Below are positions 57,801-64,000 of a DNA stretch of 64,000 nt, piece after piece. This stretch comes from a bacterium HR35 (GTDB lineage: Bacteria > Patescibacteriota > Minisyncoccia > UBA6257 > HR35). Made by a program: the position numbers and the translations under genes. The DNA lies in the NCBI GenBank assembly GCA_002898235.1, contig BEIL01000003.1:2264-66263 (forward strand), written 5' to 3'. Every line of letters starts with the position of its first letter. The first letter of the stretch is position 1. The notes below the pieces were generated by a model that saw only the letters and a program-made list of their open reading frames with translations, did not search any database and was not told where the DNA came from.

Positions 57801-59303
57801 TTAATCTTCTCTTACGCGGTATTGGACTGCTTCAGAAATTGATTCTAAATCTACATTTTCTTTTTCTTCAAAATCAGCAATTGTTCTAGCTAATTTCAAA
57901 ATTTTGTGAACAGCTCTTAAGGAAAGATGATATCTGTCTATTATTGTTCTTAAAAAGTTTTCTTCTTTAGCTGATAGTTTAATATAATCATTAAGCTTAT
58001 AATAAGGAATTTCGCTATTATATCTAAAATTTTCGTTTTGGTATCTTTTTTCAATTTTTTCTTTTATTTCCAAAATTTTCTCTTTAATTTTTTTAAGTTC
58101 AATTTTTCTTTCTTTAAAAACTTCTTCGCTTTCTAATCGAGGAACATTTAAATGAATATCTATTCTATCTAAAAGTGGTCCGGAAATTTTTTTTTGGTAT
58201 CTTTTGATTTCAGCTAAAGAACATTTACACTCAATCTTTTCATCACCATAAAAACCACAAGGGCAAGGATTGTAAGCACCAACAAAAAGAAATTTAGCTG
58301 GATATTTGACTGTTTTTCTTGAACGAGCAACAATAATTTCTCCATTTTCCAATGGTTCTCTTATTCCTTCTAAAACATCTCTTCTAAACTCTGGCAGTTC
58401 ATCAAAAAATAAAACACCTCGATGAGCTAAAGTAACTTCTCCTGGTTTAGCTTCTTTGCCGCCACCTAAAACTGAAATAGCTGAACTAGTATGATGAGGT
58501 GCTCTAAAAGGAGGATAAATAATTAAAGAATCGGTTAAAAGCCCTAAAGAACTATAGATACTTGAGATTTCTAAACTTTCTTCATAAGTTAATCTTGGCA
58601 GAAAATAAACCAAAGATTTAGCAATTAAGGTCTTTCCTGTACCTGGCGGTCCATAAAGCAAAAGATTGTGTCTACCTAAAGCAGCTAAAATCATTCCTCT
58701 TAAAAGATAGTCGCTTAAAATTGGTAAATTAATTTCTTCGGGTTCGGAAAAAGTAAATTCTTCTGGAGTCAAAGGAAGGTATTTTTCTTTGTTTTCAATA
58801 AAATCAATTACTTCTTGAAGGTCTTTTAATGGATAAACTTCAATTCCCTTAATAAAACCAACTTCATTTTGATTTTCATAAGGCAGAACAATTTTTTTAA
58901 ACCCTCTTTTTAAACTTTCTAAAACAATTGGTAAAGCACCTTTTATTTTTCTTAAACTACCATCAAGCGCTAATTCGCCAACAAAAACAGTATCTAATGG
59001 AATCGCTTTTAATTGCTGAGTAATATAAAGAAAAACTAAAGCAATGGGTAAATCAAGGTGGGTGCCTTCTTTTTTAATATCAGCCGGAGCTAGATTAACT
59101 ACTATTCTTTTTAAAATTTTATTAGGAGGTTTTGCTCCAATTCTTTTAAGAGCGATTGTTATTCTTTCTTTTGATTCATTTATAGCCTCATCAGGTAAAC
59201 CAACTATTTGAAAACTTGAAAGTCCGCTCGATAAACCAATTTCAATATCAATTATTTCAGGAAAAATTCCTGAAAGGGTTGCTCCCTTTATTTTTCCTAT
59301 CAT
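57801..59303 (-). CDS. YifB/ComM-family Mg-chelatase-like AAA+ ATPase.
   Basis: Lon-like N-domain, Walker A LLYGPPGTGKT and the family-typical Cys cluster NPCPCGFYGDEKIECKC. Confidence 0.8.
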   Translation of the reverse strand: MIGKIKGATLSGIFPEIIDIEIGLSSGLSSFQIVGLPDEAINESKERITIALKRIGAKPPNKILKRIVVNLAPADIKKEGTHLDLPIALVFLYITQQLKAIPLDTVFVGELALDGSLRKIKGALPIVLESLKRGFKKIVLPYENQNEVGFIKGIEVYPLKDLQEVIDFIENKEKYLPLTPEEFTFSEPEEINLPILSDYLLRGMILAALGRHNLLLYGPPGTGKTLIAKSLVYFLPRLTYEESLEISSIYSSLGLLTDSLIIYPPFRAPHHTSSAISVLGGGKEAKPGEVTLAHRGVLFFDELPEFRRDVLEGIREPLENGEIIVARSRKTVKYPAKFLFVGAYNPCPCGFYGDEKIECKCSLAEIKRYQKKISGPLLDRIDIHLNVPRLESEEVFKERKIELKKIKEKILEIKEKIEKRYQNENFRYNSEIPYYKLNDYIKLSAKEENFLRTIIDRYHLSLRAVHKILKLARTIADFEEKENVDLESISEAVQYRVRED

Positions 59304-60299
59304 TTAAGTCTCTTTTACTTTTTCTAAAATTTGTTTAAATATCCTTTGTTTTAATTCTTTATTTTCTTTTAGATTTTCTCTGGCTGCTTGGTAACTTGAA
59401 CCTAACTTTGTTTCCTCAAAATAAAAAGAATTGCCTTCTTTTTTAATTACACCGTATTTTAAACCTAAATTAAGAAGATCAGCTTCATAAGAAATTCCTT
59501 CATTATAGTAAATTTCAATTTCAGCAGTCTTAAAAGGTGGAGCAACCTTATTTTTAACAATTCGAGCTTTAACTTTTACTCCGATTACTTCATCACCTCT
59601 TTCAATTTGACCAACTTTTTTAAGCTCAATTCTTACTGAGGCATAAAATTTTAAAGCTTTACCACCAGTTGTTGTTTCTTGACCAGGAACTAAACCGCCT
59701 ATCATTGCTCTTGTTTGATTAATAAAAATCAAAACTGTTCTCGTTTTCGAAATAAGACCTGTCAGTTTTCTTAAAGCTTGAGACATAAGTCTTGCTTGAA
59801 GACCAATATATTGATCACCAATTTCTCCTTCAAGTTCAGCTCGGGGAACTAAAGCAGCAACCGAATCAACGATAATCACATCAAAAATTCCAGCTTTAGT
59901 TAATTTTTCAACAATATTTAAAGCATCTTCGCCGCTATCTGGCTGAGATAAAACTAATTTATCGACATTAACTCCCAATCTCTTAGCGTAATCAGGGTCT
60001 AAAGCATGTTCAGTATCGATAAAAGCAACATTGCCGCCTTCTTTTTGAGCTTGAGCAGCTACTGAAAGGGCAATAGTTGTTTTACCTGAAGATTCTGGAC
60101 CATAAATTTCAATTATTCTACCTCTAGGTAATCCGCCTATTCCTAAAGCTAAATCAAGTGAAGGAGAACCAGTAGAAATAACTTCAACATCTACTTTAGG
60201 TGCCTCTTCTAAGGTCATAATACTCCCTTCACCAAATTCTTTTTTTATTTCTTCCAATAATTTTTTAATTTCACTTTTTTCTTCTTTTTGTTTTTTCAT
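59304..60299 (-). CDS. recA: Recombinase RecA.
   Basis: GPESSGKTT, FIDTEHALD and the remaining RecA core blocks; 331 aa. Confidence 0.95.
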   Translation of the reverse strand: MKKQKEEKSEIKKLLEEIKKEFGEGSIMTLEEAPKVDVEVISTGSPSLDLALGIGGLPRGRIIEIYGPESSGKTTIALSVAAQAQKEGGNVAFIDTEHALDPDYAKRLGVNVDKLVLSQPDSGEDALNIVEKLTKAGIFDVIIVDSVAALVPRAELEGEIGDQYIGLQARLMSQALRKLTGLISKTRTVLIFINQTRAMIGGLVPGQETTTGGKALKFYASVRIELKKVGQIERGDEVIGVKVKARIVKNKVAPPFKTAEIEIYYNEGISYEADLLNLGLKYGVIKKEGNSFYFEETKLGSSYQAARENLKENKELKQRIFKQILEKVKET

Positions 60300-60622
60300 T
60301 TTTCTTTGCTTCTTAACAATATTACTTTAATTTCCTTTTTGTTTTCCTGACCCCAAAATTTTACTCCTCTAATTATAAATCTATTAATTCCTTCTTTCAA
60401 ATATAATTCTTTTTCAAAATAACCTTTTTCTTTTTGAGGAATTAAAATATCATTAATATAAATATCAGCTCTTTTATCAATTTTTCCTTTGAGTTTAATT
60501 ACTTCCGAAGAGGTTGCGTAATTCTCTGGCGGAAAAATTATTTCAATTTTAGGTGGTAAAAGAAGGTCTAAATAAAGATAAGCATTATAGATTAAAAGCA
60601 AAATAAGAAGCAGATTTTTCAT
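60296..60622 (-). CDS. Hypothetical secreted/periplasmic protein (signal peptide), ATGA-coupled upstream of recA.
   Basis: N-terminal hydrophobic leader MKNLLLILLLIYNAYLYL; no homology recognised. Confidence 0.3.
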   Translation of the reverse strand: MKNLLLILLLIYNAYLYLDLLLPPKIEIIFPPENYATSSEVIKLKGKIDKRADIYINDILIPQKEKGYFEKELYLKEGINRFIIRGVKFWGQENKKEIKVILLRSKEK

Positions 60623-60659
60623 TTATCTAATTTTATTGTAAAATTTTAATAAGTTTAAG

Positions 60660-60731
60660 GCGGCGGTAGTTCAGCGGCAGAACGCCGGCTTGCCATGCCG
60701 GAGGTCGCGGGTTCAAATCCCGTCCGCCGCT
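60660..60731 (+). tRNA. tRNA-Gly (anticodon GCC).
   Basis: Manual cloverleaf: acceptor gcggcgg/ccgccgc, anticodon stem ccggc/gccgg with loop ttgccat. Confidence 0.75.
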
Positions 60732-60747
60732 CAAACTTTTAAATAAA

Positions 60748-60819
60748 GGGCGGGTAGCTCAGTGGTAGAGCGTCTCGCTTACAACGAGAAGGTCAGAGGT
60801 TCGATTCCTCTCCCGCCCA
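60748..60819 (+). tRNA. tRNA-Val (anticodon TAC).
   Basis: Manual cloverleaf: acceptor gggcggg/cccgccc, anticodon loop cttacaa, T-loop ttcgatt. Confidence 0.75.
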
Positions 60820-60825
60820 ATTTTC

Positions 60826-60898
60826 CGGGGTGTGGCGCAATGGCTAGCGCGCTGGCATGGGGTGCCAGAGGTTGCGGGTTCGAGTCCCGCCACCCCGA
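60826..60898 (+). tRNA. tRNA-Pro (anticodon GGG).
   Basis: Manual cloverleaf: acceptor cggggtg/caccccg, anticodon stem ctggc/gccag with loop atggggt, T-loop ttcgagt. Confidence 0.7.
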
Positions 60899-60906
60899 AA
60901 AAAATA

Positions 60907-62700
60907 ATGGAAAAGTTTAAGCTTGAAGGAGAAAGAAGAGAAGGAGGGTGGACTAGAAGAAAATTTTTGGCTGCTATGGGTGCTTTCTTAGCGGCTTGCA
61001 GTTTAAAGCTAACCGAGGAATCCCCAATGCCTGAACCGCAATCTGGTATCGAAGAACCAAGGATAAATATGGGTAATCCTGAACTGCCATCTAGCATTGA
61101 GAAACCAAGGATAAATATAGATGATTTAATAAATAGTGGACTATTGAGAAGTGAGGAGAAAAGATTTTTTTCTAATCCTTTTGTTATGGAAGAAAAGTCG
61201 GGGCGGGTAATATGGACTGGAATGCAGCAAACTTTATTAACTATATACGACATTCAGAGATTGGAAACTGAAATTCAGCAAGGAAATTTAGTTTTAGTAG
61301 AATTCACTGAAACAACAGCTGCTCTTTTTAATTTTCCTCCAGCTCAAAGAAGAATTTTAGCTATTAGAACACCATCGGGAAATATTATTCCCGCATACTG
61401 GCTTAATCCCCAAAAATTAGCCCCTAAATTTGAAGAATTATCAAACCTCAAAGTTGTCCAGATAGATGAAGAAACAGTTTTAAAAAATGTTGCTCAAATA
61501 GTTAAAGAGAAAAAATTAGGAGTTGAAATCAAACCGGGAGATCTTATTAGAATTGGTAAAGAGATTAGGCTTCCTAAAAATTGGGCCAATGGGCGGGTTC
61601 TTGGTTTAAGATATGGTGTTGGGGGAAATAATAGAGAATGGATTATTTTTCTATACACGCAAAATGGAGAATATTCGGGCTTTATTACAGTACCACCCAA
61701 CGTTTTTGTAGAAGAAATCTCTAATAAATTGAAAGATTCTTCGTCTCATTATAATCTTAGACACAGTCTGGATGATGTAATTCTTGGAGAATCTTTCTCT
61801 AACAGGCAAATTTCTGGAATAGTTTTTAATAACATACAAAACATATTTAAAAATCTTTCAAACCCAAATCTCCAAGAATTCGAAATAGAAAGATTTCAGT
61901 TTAGAGTGTTAAATAGAATAACCTTAGGAAACTCTAGGACAATGTATGTAGTAGAGATAAGCGAAGAAGGAAGGAGCATTATCGCTACTTTTCATCAAGC
62001 TGGCAATTTTTATCATTTTTACTTGAATAATGCTATATCAAGTAGATTTAGTGGAACCAGAGCTTTATTGAGTGCTCAAGAATATCTATCACAACCATAC
62101 TTTGTTCCTTCAATTTTGGGAATAATTAGAAACCTAACGGCTAAATATAGCAAAATATTAACTGGCCTAACTTTAATTCCTTCTATTTTTTTTGAATTTC
62201 AACATTATTCTGAAATAATGAAAAAGGAAGTAGATTTTTGGGCAAATTTAGACAAAGAAGAAAGAGAAAAATTGTTAGCCTTAGGTACAAAAATTACTAG
62301 CAAAGATGAATCACTTAAGTTTAATTATACTCTTCCAATAACTGGTTTAATACTTATAGATGAAGCAGAATTAGCAAATGCGAAAAATAATACTCGTTTT
62401 GAGTTCCCTGTTTATTTGGTTGAAGGTTTTTTTCCCGATAGAAATCAATTAAAAATCTTTGAACCAGAATCTGAAAGTTTTAACAGCTCTTATTACGGTG
62501 TTGTTGTTTTAAAAGTAGATGAAAAATATTACCTTATAGTTGAAAACGAGAGAGGTTGTTTTTCAATCGATTTGTCTAAAAAAGAGCAAATTTCTGAAGA
62601 GGAATATAAAACTTATCAAAAAGCTGGAATAGAAATCATACATTTAAAAAACGGCAAAATTTTAGTTGTTTTCAACTTAAAACCGGAAGAAAAAAAATAA
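60907..62700 (+). CDS. Hypothetical lipoprotein with an RR-containing signal peptide and a lipobox (start trimmed to the ATG at 60907; the tracked ORF start lies inside tRNA-Pro).
   Basis: MEKFKLEGERREGGWTRRKFLAAMGAFLAAC|S is a twin-Arg-like n-region, an h-region and an LAAC lipobox; an internal tandem repeat EEPRINMGNPELPSS / EKPRINIDDLINSG follows. Confidence 0.4.
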   Translation: MEKFKLEGERREGGWTRRKFLAAMGAFLAACSLKLTEESPMPEPQSGIEEPRINMGNPELPSSIEKPRINIDDLINSGLLRSEEKRFFSNPFVMEEKSGRVIWTGMQQTLLTIYDIQRLETEIQQGNLVLVEFTETTAALFNFPPAQRRILAIRTPSGNIIPAYWLNPQKLAPKFEELSNLKVVQIDEETVLKNVAQIVKEKKLGVEIKPGDLIRIGKEIRLPKNWANGRVLGLRYGVGGNNREWIIFLYTQNGEYSGFITVPPNVFVEEISNKLKDSSSHYNLRHSLDDVILGESFSNRQISGIVFNNIQNIFKNLSNPNLQEFEIERFQFRVLNRITLGNSRTMYVVEISEEGRSIIATFHQAGNFYHFYLNNAISSRFSGTRALLSAQEYLSQPYFVPSILGIIRNLTAKYSKILTGLTLIPSIFFEFQHYSEIMKKEVDFWANLDKEEREKLLALGTKITSKDESLKFNYTLPITGLILIDEAELANAKNNTRFEFPVYLVEGFFPDRNQLKIFEPESESFNSSYYGVVVLKVDEKYYLIVENERGCFSIDLSKKEQISEEEYKTYQKAGIEIIHLKNGKILVVFNLKPEEKK

Positions 62701-62705
62701 TTTTA

Positions 62706-63206
62706 TTGTTAAAATTTTATAAAATGATTGAATTCGGTTTTTCATTCGAGGGTGGTCATAATGTTGAAAATCTACAAACATTAATACGATTATATCGAAG
62801 ACATTTAAATATTTTAGATTTGTTAATCAGGCAGAATTCTTTTAAAAATATGATTATTGAATATCTTTCGCAAATTAAATCGGATTTAAACGGGGCAAAC
62901 TGGGCAATATTTTTCAATTTAGCTAGCTGGGTGATTTTTATTTTAAATAAACTCCCAGAAAATTCAACCGAAGAAAAAATTAATGAAGTAATTAATAGAG
63001 CAATTGATCCAGAAAAATATTCAAATGAGGAGTTTGAAAAAGAAATTAATAATAACATTGAAAAAATAGATGATTTTTGTTTATTTCTGTCAAAGATTGT
63101 TTCTGCAGAATCGATGGATACTTCTACTGACAATGAATTGAGATCCTTTATAGAAAGAATAAAAAAATTTATAAACGACATACAACAACATCAACAATCT
63201 CGATGA
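62706..63206 (+). CDS. Hypothetical protein.
   Basis: 166-aa ORF, ATGA-coupled to the downstream PHP-domain gene; no motif recognised. Confidence 0.3.
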   Translation: MLKFYKMIEFGFSFEGGHNVENLQTLIRLYRRHLNILDLLIRQNSFKNMIIEYLSQIKSDLNGANWAIFFNLASWVIFILNKLPENSTEEKINEVINRAIDPEKYSNEEFEKEINNNIEKIDDFCLFLSKIVSAESMDTSTDNELRSFIERIKKFINDIQQHQQSR

Positions 63207-64000
63207 AAGTTTTTGCTGATTTACATTTACATTCAAAATACTCTCGGGGTTGTTCGAAAAATTTGGATTTAGAAAATTTAGTAAAATTTGCCAAATTAAA
63301 GGGATTAAAACTTTTAATTACTGGGGATTTTACTCATCCTTCTTGGTTTAAAGAAATAAGAGAAAAATTAGAGGAAAGAGATGGGATTTATAAGTTAAAA
63401 AACTCAACTGAAGATATTTATTTTTTGATTGGTGGCGAACTTAGTTCAATTTTTTCTAGGAAAAACAAAGTTTATCGGATTCACTATCTTCTTATATTTC
63501 CTAATTTTTCAACAGCAGAAAGATTTAATAAAAAATTAGCTCTTTATTCTAATTTAGCTAGTGATGGCAGACCTACTTTAGGCCTTGATGTAATTGAAGT
63601 TTTAAAAATAGCTCTTGATATCTATGATAAAACAATTTTTATTCCTGCTCATATCTGGACTCCTTGGTATTCTTTATATGGTTCTAATTCCGGTTTTGAT
63701 TCAATTTATGAAGCCTTTAATGATTTTGTTAATTATGTTTCAGCTATTGAAACTGGACTTTCAAGTGATCCCAATCTTAACTGGCGATTACCTGAGCTTG
63801 ATAATATTTCGATTGTTTCTTTTTCTGACGCTCATTCTCCTTATACTTATCGCATTGGCCGAGAGGCAACCTTATTTGAGCTTGAAAAAATTTCTTTTAA
63901 AAACATTTATCAAGCTTTAAAAAATCCTGATGAAAAAAATAAAATCTTAATGACTATAGAATTTTTTCCCGAAGAAGGAAAATATCATTATGATGGTCAC
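63203..64000 (+). CDS. PHP-domain nuclease, endonuclease Q-like (N-terminal part; continues beyond the window).
   Basis: MKVFADLHLHSKYSRGCS (PHP HxH metal site), a later SIVSFSDAHSP, and open frame 2 from 63203 to the window end. The ORF track missed it because there is no stop in the window. Confidence 0.45.
   Translation, partial: MKVFADLHLHSKYSRGCSKNLDLENLVKFAKLKGLKLLITGDFTHPSWFKEIREKLEERDGIYKLKNSTEDIYFLIGGELSSIFSRKNKVYRIHYLLIFPNFSTAERFNKKLALYSNLASDGRPTLGLDVIEVLKIALDIYDKTIFIPAHIWTPWYSLYGSNSGFDSIYEAFNDFVNYVSAIETGLSSDPNLNWRLPELDNISIVSFSDAHSPYTYRIGREATLFELEKISFKNIYQALKNPDEKNKILMTIEFFPEEGKYHYDGH

Noticed and set aside
60832-60906. Tracked start (MAQWLARWHGVPEVAGSSPATPKK) of the 622-aa ORF
   Set aside because: This extension is the translation of tRNA-Pro itself; the real start is the ATG at 60907, which is followed by a proper signal peptide and lipobox.
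60759-61253. 164-aa minus-strand ORF
   Set aside because: It is antisense to the tRNA-Val/tRNA-Pro genes and to the 5' end of the lipoprotein gene, so it is a GC-rich tRNA artefact rather than a gene.
63615-63920. 101-aa plus-strand ORF (frame 3)
   Set aside because: It overlaps the longer open frame 2 encoding the PHP/EndoQ-like protein (63203..window end), which has clear conserved motifs; the frame-3 ORF is a low-complexity hydrophobic artefact of AT-rich sequence.
1-64000. CRISPR arrays, rRNA genes, IS elements or transposases
   Set aside because: There are no short regularly spaced direct repeats, no rRNA-like conserved stretches, and no transposase or integrase motifs (DDE, tyrosine recombinase) in any frame. 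The only mobile-type elements seen are the two inteins.

Overview
This window is an AT-rich (about 28% GC), gene-dense bacterial chromosome segment. It uses the standard genetic code, has many 4-nt ATGA start/stop overlaps, and has 9 tRNAs in three small clusters. The gene content and the shortened versions of UvrC, DnaX, HrcA and PGK fit a small-genome, CPR/Patescibacteria-like organism; that is an inference from composition, not a database hit.

The core backbone includes rpoB-rpoC, rpmA, glyA, rtcB, gyrA, an S1-domain protein, ftsH, rpmB, secG, uvrC, gpmI, rny, HU, rpsT and the hsp20-hrcA-grpE-dnaK-dnaJ operon. It also includes efp, dnaG-rpoD-dnaX, rnhA, pgk, yifB/comM and recA.

The most unusual content is:
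1. An accessory cluster at 361..6256 that starts with a TrpRS-fold paralogue retaining KMSKS but with the HIGH motif degenerated to TAGT. It is followed by an HPr-kinase-like P-loop kinase, a PF14907-like nucleotidyltransferase (the kinase/nucleotidyltransferase pair known from RiPP and lasso-peptide clusters), an aldo/keto reductase and a divergent TrpD-fold protein. The cluster sits directly downstream of a GC-rich (about 50-55%) canonical trpS 3' fragment.
2. A tandem array at 17143..19693 of six paralogous small membrane proteins (seven domain units) with TrbC/VirB2-pilin-like architecture, next to a tRNA cluster.
3. An ftsH gene interrupted by two large LAGLIDADG-containing inteins only 15 extein residues apart.
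4. Two paralogous secreted proteins built from NVGIGTTTP-type repeats, one with a C-terminal PA14 domain.
5. A protein whose N-terminus is a near-copy of the genome's own sigma-70 region 4.2, next to a membrane protein and a TraD/VirD4-like P-loop ATPase.
6. A non-canonical CIRCE-like inverted repeat upstream of the heat-shock operon, paired with a truncated HrcA.
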